A DNA stretch of 64,000 nucleotides from Blepharisma stoltei ATCC 30299 (lineage: Eukaryota > Protista > Ciliophora), in assembly GCA_965603825.1 (NCBI GenBank), contig CBFDEM010000060.1, positions 248,001 through 312,000 on the forward strand, given 5' to 3'. The translations under genes were made by a program, and so were the position numbers. A model generated the notes under the pieces. The model was given only the letters and a program-made list of their open reading frames with translations, was not told where the DNA came from and did not search any database. The number at the start of each line of letters is the position of its first letter. Within the stretch, counting starts at the first letter, position 1. Shown here one piece after another: positions 45,975 through 58,397 of this stretch.

Positions 45975-47367
45975 ATAATTATAATCTAATTCCCTTCTAT
46001 TAGCATAAAGAGTAATTTAGAAAGTTTTTTATTCAGAAAAGCACAATTAAATTATTTACTAATTTCAAGTTCCAACTAAGCCTTTAGCATGCATGCCAAT
46101 CCCTAATTGAAGGATAAAATCTGAATTAGCAACTTAATAAGCAATAAAAAATACTAAAAGAATTTACTGCTCCAACAACACACTGACCCTGAAGCATATT
46201 TTCAGAATCTGATACCTGCATACAAGTATGACTCATTAATTTGATTATATTGATAAAAAATAGCCGTGCCCAATGCTCTATGGAATTGAAATTTGATGAA
46301 AATATATATTAGCGAAAATAGTTGATATAATTATAATATAAAGCAATTAACACTCGTATTTCTTTTATTGTAGTGAGAACCTAAAGTTATGCAAAAATGA
46401 AAGCCTTGAAAATTTCATGCAATAAAATTAAAATGATGATCAGTATTGTAAATCCATTTTTAGCACCTAAATTAAATTTAATTGACCAAGCACCAAATTT
46501 GCATCTGAGCATTATAATTTGCAATAATGAATCTGGCAAGTTAAATTTAATTTTCATTCTTTAATTTTAACTAATAGCGCATCATATAAATTAAAATCGC
46601 ATGCCGTGTAATCACAGCACGATATTACACAACTCTTGACACCGATTTTCTGCAGAAAATTACTATTCATTTAGCAACTTTTTGAGATTTAATTGAGAGT
46701 ATTCATAGATTGCTTTTTTCTTTATCCAAATAATAGGATTGCTAACTAAAAGCTGAAATTGCAATTTTAGCCAGACACTCTCAAATTTTTCATATCCCGA
46801 TCATTTAAATAACTGAATTTAAATTTTATGTAGCAGATCTATCATAAGCAAAACGAATTTATTAATCAATAATATTAGCTTATTAATTAAATTTAATGTC
46901 AATTTTTCCCAAACCTTCTAAATTAATCCATTTTCCCCGAGACAATAATTAAGTTCTTTGAAAAGAGCTTGAACTCAAACTTAAAAATCTCTTGGTAAGC
47001 ATTATATTAAAATTATATTTAAATTAATTTTAATATTTAATGTTCTCTTAATCAAAGTAGCCGTTTGTCTTAAATTATTCTGCGCTATTTAAAAATATAA
47101 GGCTTATATTCGTTCTAATTAAATTAGCCAATACCTCTATTATTTAAGTTCTTTGAATATTTCTATTTACATTTGCATGCTTTATTAATTATTTGTCATT
47201 TAAACTAACTTGGGAACTTTAGAACTTAAATGGCAAAGTCTAATACTTGCATGCGATGAGGCTATATTTTTAATTTTCTCTACGCGGCTCCTCAAGCGTT
47301 CCTTATGAGAAAAGCCATATTTTTGGGGATAAAACGGCTAAGTAAAAGTAAGCTTATATAAATATAA

Positions 47368-47691
47368 ATGAAAACACTCCTATTTCTAGCAATCTGCTTT
47401 GCTCTTATTTCTGCAAGCAAAAATTCAATTAAAGATTCTTTTATTCAAAAAAGCATAGAGCAGTCTTATTTGCAAGCATCAAATGATAATTCAAACCCCC
47501 TGGATATGATTCAACTGTCAACTGAAGTGAGTACTGAAACTGAATTGTCAACTTATCAATCAAGTGTTGAAAGCATGATTGATACAATTCGTACATTTAT
47601 TCTTTCTTTAGTCAAAGGAACTGGAAATAGCGAGGTTGAAGCAGTAATTGACGCAATTAGAACACTTATTCTTAGCCTTGTCAAAACCTAA
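47368..47691 (+). CDS. small secreted protein with two tandem amphipathic-helix repeats
   Basis: Signal peptide MKTLLFLAICFALISA; repeats SSVESMIDTIRTFILSLVKG and SEVEAVIDAIRTLILSLVKT. Confidence 0.8.
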   Translation: MKTLLFLAICFALISASKNSIKDSFIQKSIEQSYLQASNDNSNPLDMIQLSTEVSTETELSTYQSSVESMIDTIRTFILSLVKGTGNSEVEAVIDAIRTLILSLVKT

Positions 47692-47987
47692 TAATTTTAA
47701 ATAATCGAATTAGCTCTAAATTATTTTTACTTGCTTCCATTATTCAATTTCGATAAGATAAAACACAATAATCAACTAATAAGATACTTAATAAGCGAAT
47801 TTAAAATGGCTATTTGCTAAAATTAATCTATTTTTCCATATTAAAAATATTTTTAGGCAAACTAAGAGTTTATAATTTTTAATATATAAGCCTAAAATGT
47901 GGCTATAAATGTTTCTGATTTTTATAAGCAAATATACTTAGGCTTATTATATGATTAATTCCTTATATAGATCAGCTTTAAATAGAA

Positions 47988-49388
47988 TTATTGTTTTTCT
48001 TTGTTTAGTAAAGGAACTAAAATATCTGCTTCTACTTTTCTTTTATTAATATTTTTATCAAGTCCTATAAGTAAAATAATGCAGCAAATCCCAATTATTG
48101 CAAATAAAATGAAAATCAAGTGAGAATTCATTGGGTAGCTAAGCCCATTATTCAATGACCATCCGAATATTGCTCCTGCTAAAGCTGGCCCTAAAAATCT
48201 GAGTAGACTGATGGCGCTTTGAGCAACTCCATTGCCTGTTCCTAAAAGGCTAGGTTCAAGGGAATTATTAATTCCTATAGTAACTGCTGTAAATACACAT
48301 GACTGAAAAACTGCAATTGATACGAAGATTGAAATAACGATAATTCATAGTGCAATTCCTTCAATTACATAGATATTTGGTAAAATAATAAAAAATGGGA
48401 TTAAGATGACTCAAGCAATCTTCAACGTTGACAAAATCCCAAAATAATTGCAAGCCCAAGGCACTACAAAAATTTGTGAAATCATTATAGAGCCGCCTCC
48501 AAAGGATTGCACTATCCCAACGTTTGATTCATCATTCCACCCAAGACCTCCGTTGCTTTTTAATGCTCGACACCAAAATGTAAAAACTTCTGAAAAGCTT
48601 GTAAATAATAGCCCAGTCATTGCGTAAATTACAGCACAAATCAAAAAATGTTTATTTTTACACAGAAGCAAAATACTTTTTTTGGTTTTAGTCTTTTTAT
48701 TTGTTTCATCAAGTACATAATACCCAACAATTAGCACAATTAAAGAGATAAATGAGCTGGCGAGCATTGGCAAGAAATAAGGATGATCTGAAAAAAACCC
48801 ATCAGAAGAAAAAACACTTGGGATTTTTTCAGAAATTCTTGACAAGCTACCACCTATAGAAGGTCCAATCGTAATTCCAACTCCTCAGGAAATTCCCATG
48901 TAGCTAAATAATTTGGCTGAATTTGTTACATCGGTAATTTCTGTAGCATAAGCTCGAATAATCCCAGTATTTCCATTGGCGAGGCCATTAAGACATCTAA
49001 AAATCACTGCTCATAGGTATGTAGGAGCAATTCCAAATAATGGTGCAGTAATTACATTTCCTAATAATCCTAACAAAATTACAGGTCTTCTGCCAATTCT
49101 ATCAGAAATTCAGCCCCTAAATAAAATTTACCAGGTCGGAGCACTGATAAATTGAGCCAAATTAAAACATGATACTACTAATCCTGAATAGAATGAGACA
49201 ATACCGTCTGTGTCCTTATCATCTCTATCTAGTCAATAAAAGAAATCAGCTACCATATATGCGACAAAAGGAAATAGCACTGCATTGCACATTGCTTCTA
49301 TGAACATAGCTAGAAGCACCACAAATGATTTTACTGCTTAAATCATACACTTTGGCAGTGGAGTTGGCGATTTTTTGGTTTCTTCCAT
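47988..49388 (-). CDS. MFS transporter (ZIFL/TetA-like DHA1), about 456 aa
   Basis: PTPLPK, W/GwISDRIGRRPV, FRCLNGLANGNTG, GITIGPSIGG, HPYFLP; introns 49334-49348 and 49117-49131; several TGA=Trp. Confidence 0.88.
49117..49131 (-). other. 15-nt intron
   Basis: GTAAATTTTATTTAG within MFS motif A. Confidence 0.9.
49334..49348 (-). other. 15-nt intron
   Basis: GTATGATTTAAGCAG, in-frame TAA. Confidence 0.85.
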
Positions 49389-49764
49389 TTAACTAAAGCA
49401 GCATTTTATAAATTTAGCTTAAAAGTTTATGATTAAAAGCTACTGTTTTAGTATTAAGAAAAATTAATCAAAATATATTCTGAGCGTTCTTAAATTTATG
49501 GTTCTTTGATTTAAATAATTATTGAGCTCTTAAATTATGAGATATAGTATTCTTAAAAGATAGCATAAGTTCATATGCTATTTCTTTATATTAATAAATA
49601 TTTATATTCATAAAAAGATAAATTTAAGACTTCCTTATTAAAATTATTAATTTGTAAAAGTTTTCCATTATAGCATTTTAATTTTATTTTTTGGAATACT
49701 TGATATATATCTTTTAATATTTATTTTTATCCGCAATTTCTTAATCCATAAAGAACGACATAAA

Positions 49765-51012
49765 ATGCTAAATAAGATCTTATGGAGATCAAGAGCCACA
49801 TGGAAAAATATCGAATTAGGGCCAAGTGAGCCAACTTCTTACATACTGGAAGCGTTCAGTAAGGATGCTAACCACTTGAAAGTGAATTTAGCAATTGACT
49901 CTTATAGAGATGAAAACTTGAGGCCATGAATACTTCCTTCAGTTCGGAAAGCAGAAGAGCTAATAATAAATTCAGACCACGATTACACCCCGATAGAAGG
50001 ATTTCCTGAATTTATTAAAGCAGCGACACTGCTGGCTTATGGCCCTTGCTCAGAAATCAGCGAAGGAAGGGTTGCAAGCATTCAAGCCTTATCAGGGACA
50101 GGAGCTTTACGAATGGGAATGGCGTTTTTGCATCAATACTTCCCTCACAGCAAGACTGTGTATTTTCCAAAACCGACAATAGAAAACCATAAAATAATAG
50201 CGAGGGATTCCGGGCTCGAAGTAAAAGACTATGCATATTATGACCAGAATAATAAAATTATTGATATTTCAAATCTGCTATTTGAAATTGATGCTGCTCC
50301 AAGCAATTCCATTATTATTTTCCATGCATCGGCTCACAATCCAACTGGCACTGATCCCACAAAGTCCCAATGGGAACAAATTCATGAAGTCGTGGCTAGA
50401 AAAGGACATTTGCCCTTTTTTTATATAGCCAACCAAGGGTTTGCTAGTGGAAACCCTGATGACGACGTTTACCCTGTTAGATATTTTCTCCAACAAAATA
50501 CTCAAATTTTATTAGCCCAAAGCTTTGCTAGAAACTTTGGATTATATGGAGATAGGGTAGGCTTATTGTCAGTTATTTGTGAAAACAAAATAGAATGTGA
50601 AAATGTTATGTCCCAGCTTAAAGTTCTAGAAAGACCCTTCTTTGGGATGCCTCCTAAACACGGAGGCGAAATTGTGGGCACAATTTTAAATAATGCAGAG
50701 CTATACAAGCAATGAAGGAAGGACTTGCTACAAATGTATACGAGAATTACAGAAAATAGAAGCAAATTAGTAAATAAATTGATTGATAGAGGATCTGTTC
50801 ATGATTGAAACCACATCAGAGATCAAGTTGGGATGTATGCGTATACTGGAATGAGCCCACATCAGTGTCACGCATTGATGAATTTCAAGCATATTTACTT
50901 ATTTTATAATGGGAAAATGTCCCTTTCTGGTCTTAATGACCAAAATTTGGATTACGTGGCCGAGTCAATTGATGAAATGACAAGGTACGCTCCGAAATAT
51001 AAGTATTCATAA
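49765..51012 (+). CDS. aspartate aminotransferase-like protein (GOT2-type), PLP lysine replaced by Arg
   Basis: KVNL..SYRD..PwILPSV, QALSGTGALR, HNPTGTDP, QGFASG, QSFARNFGLYGDRVG, DwNHI..QVGM; 415 aa with TGA=Trp. Confidence 0.9.
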
Positions 51013-51090
51013 TACCTTTATTTCTTTTTAAGAGATATTAATAAATATACAGAATCATTAGAATTTTGTTGCAAATTAGTTAAGATATTT

Positions 51091-51430
51091 TTAAAGTGTT
51101 GTATAATCAATGCCTTCCATTAAACTTGATTTCGAATTTAGGAGTATTGATAGCAAAATTTTTAGCTTCATCAGCATTTTTTCTTCATATAAGAAAGGGA
51201 CATAATAAAACAAATATAAAATAATAAGCAAAGATAAATAACCGATAGTCAAATATATGATCAAGCTTAGTAACTTGCTAATCACATCTTTAAAATCATG
51301 ATCTACCAAATTTATAAATAAGCTCTTCTTCTATGCTACATATATTTTCATTAAAGCTTGATGAATTTATAATGATACTATTAGAAAGAAATAAAATTCT
51401 AAATATTATTAGCAAATCTGTTATTTTGGA
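51091..51430 (-). pseudogene. remnant 3' end of a paralogue of the adjacent PAS-domain membrane protein
   Basis: GYLSLLIILYLFYYVPFLYEEK versus neighbour GYSSLLIILYLFYYVPFLYKEK; upstream part has a frameshift and stops; upstream boundary approximate. Confidence 0.75.
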
Positions 51431-51514
51431 TACTTTCCATAAATTAAGGCACTCTATTACATCATGGATATATATAAATTTAAATCTATTATAATAAATT
51501 AGTCTAATGACCGG

Positions 51515-54500
51515 CTAAAATTCTGTTTCTTCCTTAGAATTTATTTTTGAGCTTGGAATAATCATTGGTAAAATCTTTAGTTTCTTAAGCAATTTTTTTT
51601 CTTTATACAGAAAGGGGACATAATAAAATAGGTATAAAATTATGAGCAATGAAGAATATCCTTCAGTAACGTAAATAATTATGTTTAATTGATAATTGAT
51701 AATACTTTTTGAATCTTCATCTGCTAAATTGAATTCATAAATTAATTCATTTTCAATTTCTCATATATTTTGTTTGATTATAGATACTTCTGAGCTATTG
51801 AAAAAATATAATGATTGATAACTAGTTGTAAAAGATGATGAAGAAAGTCCATATTTTAATAAATCAACATCAGTATCAATTTTCTCAAATAGCCTTTCTT
51901 TTAACTGGTCTGAAATTAAGTCCAGGTATTTATCATTTCTTAGATCGTTTAAGCTTTCTTTGTACATTTTAATTTCATCTTCCATTAGCCTACTCTGATT
52001 TTTTATATTAATATTATGGAAATAATGCAGCATGAGGGATTCAAGTTCACTATAGCTTGCAATATTTATACGTAAGATACTGGATTCCCTTATTATAAAA
52101 TTGTGAAGTAGTTTAGGCCTATTTTTTGCGTAATTGCTGCAGTCTTTATATAAATGAAACTCTATTAAAAAATAGTATGATGTAGAAATTATAAAAAAAA
52201 CCAGAAGCTTTCTTGTATATCTTCAATATACATGTGGTAGAATTTCAGACTTTGAGTCGGCTTTTTTGGTAGATGAATGGTCTTTTTCATAATCAAGACC
52301 GTGAACTGTTGACAGTCTTTCTAACAATGCTCGTTTTAATTCTAGATATGAAGCCTGCGAACTAAGCTTTATAAAATTCCAATAACTATTCATTCCTTTA
52401 TTAATATATGCAATATAGCTGATTAAAAATCCTTGAAAAACTACTAAGATTACTATGGCAGCATTTAAAAGAACAGTAATATTTGTAACTATTGATTCAA
52501 TTCTATCACTTTCGCACTGAACTCAACTTTCTGTAGATATTTTTATGTAGTCATATAAGTAGCCCAGACCATTGAATAATATAAAACTGAGACTATCCAT
52601 TTCAATTTCGCTCTTCTTCAGAGATTCAAGAAAATTTATACACTATATTATGATTACATTATTGATATACCTCTGAATAGCATCATAAAGATTTTGGTAT
52701 GTAATTAAATCTTCATCATTAATATCTCATATAGGGATCTTTGGATCAAGAATAATCTCAGAAGAAGAGCAATAGTGTAAGTTGTCTATATCGTTTAAAA
52801 TTGAATTTTCTACACCAATGAGCACATTTATTGTGCTATTAAAAGATGATAAATCGCTTTCAAATGACTCGCTATTTTTGGCTAAATCAATATTAAGCTC
52901 AATGGCTTTATTTACCAAGCTCCCAAGAGAACACAGCAGAGTTCCTAAATCATTAAAAGAGTTAGCAGTAGTTGTTTGAGCAATATTATTATACATGCAG
53001 ATAACAATCCCAATATTTATTCCTATAACTGCTGCAATCTGCATAAAAATTACTGAAAGAAATAAAATTCAAGTAAAAATCTTGAGTTTTTTCTCAGAAT
53101 TGCTGAGAATATTATATGCAAATCCTACGTTACGATTACTTTTTGAATTATTATTGGAAGTTGTATTTCCATTATAATTCAAAGTCGATTGCGACTTTGA
53201 ATTTGTTACTGCTTTGCTTTCTTCCATTGTGGTCTCATAAATAATTTGTGTATGGCTTGTTTCATCACCTAGATTTATAGCTGAGCTATTAAGGCTGATG
53301 AATTTAACCCTATCTTTGGAATGCATTAATTCACTTACACTAACGTCTCCTTCATATGTTTTGCTCTCTTCTGCTTTCATCTCTTTGAAATAGGCATTTC
53401 TAAAGAATTCTATTTGTTCAGTTTCATGACCTTCTTTTCATAGGCTAATTTCTTTTTCATCATAAATTACTGCTAAAATATGGATTTCAGTTGATCTGAA
53501 TTTACGTACCAGGTGGACAAGCAATATTTGAATGTCTTCAGAAGAGACTATTAATGGTGAGCATACATCCATAGTGGAAATATCAAAATTTGGGATTATA
53601 TCTGATAAATGTTTATTTCTTAGAAAATAGTTGTTTTGCCCTATATAAAACGGAAATCTTTCAGAATGGTTATAGATTACACCTTTATCAGAAATCAAAG
53701 CGATTTCTCTCTTTGAATTTCGCCTTCGAAAAGAAGCTAGTATATAGGCGCGATTTTCAACTGCAGTCAATCTAATCATAAATTTGCACTCCACAAGAAA
53801 TCCTTGTTGGCTTTGAAGGAAAAGATTAAAGTGAGTGGTGACTTCAGTTGTTGTGCAGCTATTATAGAATTCTTTCATAAACTGATCATGATTATGGTCA
53901 AAAGGCTTTGGAATGAAATATGATAGTGGCACCCCAATCCCAGCCTCAAACGGTATTTTTAAAATATCTCCTGCATTTTGATTCATGTAAGCTATTGTCC
54001 CAAAAGACTCAGAATTTGCAGAAATAAGAATGATTCCATTTCTTTCTCCAAACATATTCAATTTTTTATTTTCTTCAACTAAAAGGTCAAGTGAGTTTCT
54101 AAATGCAGTTTTTTTCCGATTGATCATCTCACTCTGCTCAACGTCACGCAAAATATTTTCTAAAAATGAAGAGTAAAGATCATACACCTCTGTCTGTTTA
54201 TGTTTAGATGAAAGCATTGAATAGAGTGTTTTAATATTGGTAATCAAGTCATGTATTCTATAGACAAGCTTTACTAACTTTTGAGTACTGGGGATTCTCA
54301 TGTTGATTTCAGTTCATAAATCTATTAATAAAATGCAGGCTTCTTCATCCATATGCTTTACTTTGCTAAGGTCCTGCAGGTAGCTTAAATAGTGGACTTC
54401 AGATAAGGATGAAGAATTGGATTCAAGTATTCTATTTGAAAGTCTCATAGCATGAATGTCACCTTCAAAGCTTGACTTTGCATCAGCTGCTTTTGCAAGC

Positions 54501-55753
54501 TTTATTCTTGCGAGTCTTTCATCTTTTAGGATATGCAGACAATAATTGGTTTCTCATATAATAAGCATTTTGTCTCTTTCAAATGATTTTTTATAGCAAT
54601 TTGTAAAGAGCTTGATAACTGAGATTTTATCTTCTAATTGCTTATTAACTAATAAATGCCTCACAATTTGTTCGAATTTATATTGATCGTTTGGCATTTT
54701 ATCATGCTGAGATAATGCAAGAAAATTGTTTTTCACCTTTTTGATAATAAGAATGGTAAGCGGTGGGAGGACAAATAGCTCAAATAAAACAATAAGAGAG
54801 CCATTATCCATTGTTTCTCCAATTAAAAAGAATAGCAAAGTGCATGAAATAATGAACATTTTGCATGCTTGAATCGAATTTCCTGCAAGATTAAAATATG
54901 GCAAAAAGTGAAGGGTTTCTCATAAAATTGCTGTAGAAAAAATCATTAGAATGGTTTCGAAATACTTTATATGATCTCCTCCAAAAAATACATAAAGAAT
55001 GCATTCTATATAGCAAAACAGAATTATATGAATATCTATTTTTGAATTAGACCTCGCTCTTATGTTTTTCTGATATGAGGAATGCCTAATATCAGAAGTA
55101 AAGATTTCTGAAAATAAAATGATAAATAGCAAAAATATCAAAAAAATTAATGCGATTAGTGCTCCTACTGGACCAAAATTAAGTTTACTAGGATCACTAA
55201 TACTAGAGTATTCTATACAATCTGTATAGTCAAATGCCGAATACTTAAAAATAATTGATAAAATGCTTACACTTGGGATAAACATGACAGTGTTTAAAAT
55301 CATTAGAATCTTTCTCGGAATCACAATTAGTATCCAAGGAATTTTCTGGTTTAGGCACCCTAATACTGCAATTAGTAGTAAGCAAAGCAAGCAATACCCA
55401 ATGGCACTAACAACTGTATAAAAAGAAACTTCATAAATCCCTAAGTCAGCAAAAAGGGAGTCAGGACTTATATAGCCAATAAGATTTCAAAACTGAGAGT
55501 AGCTATCCCAACCACTCATATTCATGTTGGGATACCATGCGAATGTAATCATCTGTATTGTGATGATCACATTTATTGATATTTCAAGAAATAATTGATT
55601 TTTTAACTTCAGTCTATGATTATATTTTTCTTGGAAAATTTTTTCAAAATAAACCAATATCCGATACCTCAGCTCAGCATAAGCTGATTTGCTGGCAATA
55701 TAGCCTAATATATCATCTTCATCAAGTAAAGAATCTTTTGTTTTGATAGGCAT
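51515..55753 (-). CDS. large multi-TM PAS-domain protein (TmcB-like family expanded in ciliates), about 1407 aa
   Basis: Seven same-frame track ORFs separated by TGA plus intron 52643-52657. N-terminal TM block; PAS segment GTIAYMN..IG..L..FIPKPF..NHD.FM; C-terminal TMs. Confidence 0.85.
52643..52657 (-). other. 15-nt intron
   Basis: GTAATCATAATATAG, in-frame TAG. Confidence 0.85.
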
Positions 55754-56620
55754 TTAGGATTTATTTTTATTAACCAGAACTTAACGCCATAGTAAAAAAC
55801 ATTTTACATGACTAATTTTGATTCTTAACAATTCAAAGTAATTATTTTAAATATTTTTAATTTTCTTTCTTGCAAGGAGCAAGGGCATTGCTGCTATTAT
55901 CTGCCAGCTGTAGCATTAAAATTATTGATTAGAAAATGGCACATTTTTATAAGGATGTCCATATTAAACTATTATGACTTAGATGAAATAGTGCATAATC
56001 TATATCTCAAAATTATTGAAATCAAATTTACTTAATTTGCTTTAATTTTCAAGCATCATTTTACTTTTGAAAATTTCAATAAGAATTAAACAAAATTTCT
56101 TCTGAGATTTTCATAATTAAGCTTCGTATATTGTAAACGATAAAATATTCAAGATTTACTATTATTTTTACTATAAATTGAATAGTCAATTGCACTTTAT
56201 TTAAGAAATAATTATGAAATCTTAAATTTTTTAAATAAAATATTTTTTCCACTATTAATTATGCGGTATTGAGTTTTACTTGTGTTTATGGTATCATTTT
56301 GATGGTTGGTTTAATTATAGAAGATTTGATAGCTAACATGATATTTTCAAACCTTTTATTAAATTAATTATTTTTCTAATCTTTATTTTATTTCAATTAT
56401 TTAAATGTGGATTTCCAGCATAACTGCTTATATAATGATTAATTTAAATAAAAATTTGGGATAATCAAATATAAAATTTATGATTTATAAAATGGTTGCA
56501 TCGATTAATTTTAGCTATTATAAAACTTCATATTGATTTGCTCTGTTTTTGTAAAAGAGAGAGAATTAAACTTTTTTTATATCTGTATTAGTCTTCACAA
56601 TAAATATACCTCTAAAATTA

Positions 56621-57463
56621 ATGATTAGAAATCCATTACAATGGTCAGTTAGTGATGTCGTGCAATGACTTCAAGTAATTAATTGCTCGGGTGCACAAGA
56701 AGTGTTTGTATATCATGGAGTCGAAGGGAAAGACTTGCTACAGCTCACAGATGCAGATCTTCGCTTTGATTTTAAGTTCAAACGTGTCCATGATCGCAAA
56801 TATATTTTGAGAAAAATTCAAGAATTAAAAAATATAAACTCAGCAATCATTGAAGTGCAATTTGGAACCCAAGTATGCGCTGTTAGAATTTCTGACCTCC
56901 ACTCTTATACTTTTGAGAACCTCCGCAAAGATGTAGCAAGGTATTTTGGAGTAGACGAAGAAAAAGTAATTATTCAAGATAAACATGGACTTGTATGAGG
57001 AAGCATTAGCGTTGCTTGTATTTTTGATAGCAATTTAAGACAGGAAGAAGCTGTTTATTTGAAATTCATTGATGAATCAAGCACCAATCCAATACAGCAA
57101 GCAGATAAAGCTGCATTAAGTGAAGATGAAGAAGATTTTAATGAAGATAATCCGTTCCATGAAGCTTCTAAGTCTTTAAGAGATTCAAGCCCTTGGGCTG
57201 TAAAAGAAGAAATGGCATCAAAGGAAGAAGAAAGCCAAGAAAAACGTAAAAGAGTCAACAAAGGAACTAAAAAGCAGAGTCTAAACGGATCTGATAGCAA
57301 ACAAAAGATAAAAATTTCAAAAAATACTAAAGAGTCCTCTCTAGTTAAAGAAAAAGGCAATATATCAAGCAACCCTGCATCTGATGTGAGTGATAGATCT
57401 ATAAGATTAACTGAAGAAGAAGAGGAATTGAAAAACGTCTTAAAGATGATGAGAAAGAGCTAA
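56621..57463 (+). CDS. SAM-domain protein with possible ubiquitin/PB1-like second domain and charged tail
   Basis: PLQWSVSDVVQwL...F..HGVEGKDLLQLT..DL...RKYILRKIQEL; TGA=Trp twice. Confidence 0.82.
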
Positions 57464-57505
57464 ATTTCATTTAAAATCTTTATTTATAATTACCAAATTT
57501 AAATA

Positions 57506-58252
57506 ATGAAAATTGGCCTAGCTTTATTAGGATCTTGGGGTATTGGATATGGAACAGCTTTATATTTCTCAAAGCAAAGCATAAACGAATATGAAGATGC
57601 AAGAGATGAAATCAGAGATGCTTCACGACTAGGAAATAAATCATATGGCCTGAATTTCGGATATAAAACAGATAGCACAATTGAAGATATTTTAGATACT
57701 GGAGATTTAGTATTTATGCAGCATGTTTGCTATAAAAGTTTTTCCCCTCTCTTGATTGGAAAATGCTATCTTTCTCAGAAATACAAAAGCTTGTTGACTC
57801 AGTTTGGCTATAAACAAGAAAATTGAGACTCGGCTGGGATAATAGTGAGGAACCGAGAAGGTGCAAAAGTTATTTTTAAATATTTTTCAGAGGTTTATGA
57901 TATAGACTATGATGAATTTCTAAAAATACCTTTCTTCTCGTTTGTATCTTTGAGGAAAATGAAAACAAAAGATCCTGCTGTTGGATATATGAAAAGAGAA
58001 GAGCTTTCTGAGGAAGTAAAAAAAGAGAATGAAAGATCAGGGATTTTCGATGTTATTGATATAAATAACTGTGCTGTTCCTTGGCTGTATTGGAAAAAAA
58101 CTGGGACTTTGAAGAACGATTATAAGGATAAAATAACTTTGCAAGACATAAATACAATGGCACCAAAGTGCTTGGATAGTGAGAAAGTAAAATATTCAGG
58201 ATCTATTATTGTTAGATCAAATTTTTCAAGGCAGGAAACTCAGAAATATTAA
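57506..58252 (+). CDS. hypothetical protein with N-terminal membrane anchor; possible permuted NlpC/P60-like fold
   Basis: Two ORFs joined by TGA 57824; LDTGDLVFM...wDSAGIIV...NNCAV..Y...G. Confidence 0.7.
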
Positions 58253-58397
58253 GTTAAATATAAGTCTTTTATTATTTAGCAGTTATAAACACTGAAAACT
58301 AAGATAATTTCTAAGTTTAGAGCACTTAATAAAACCATAGAAATTTGAACTTTATAATAGTTTTATATCATTAATTAAGTTATTAAAATGCATAGTT

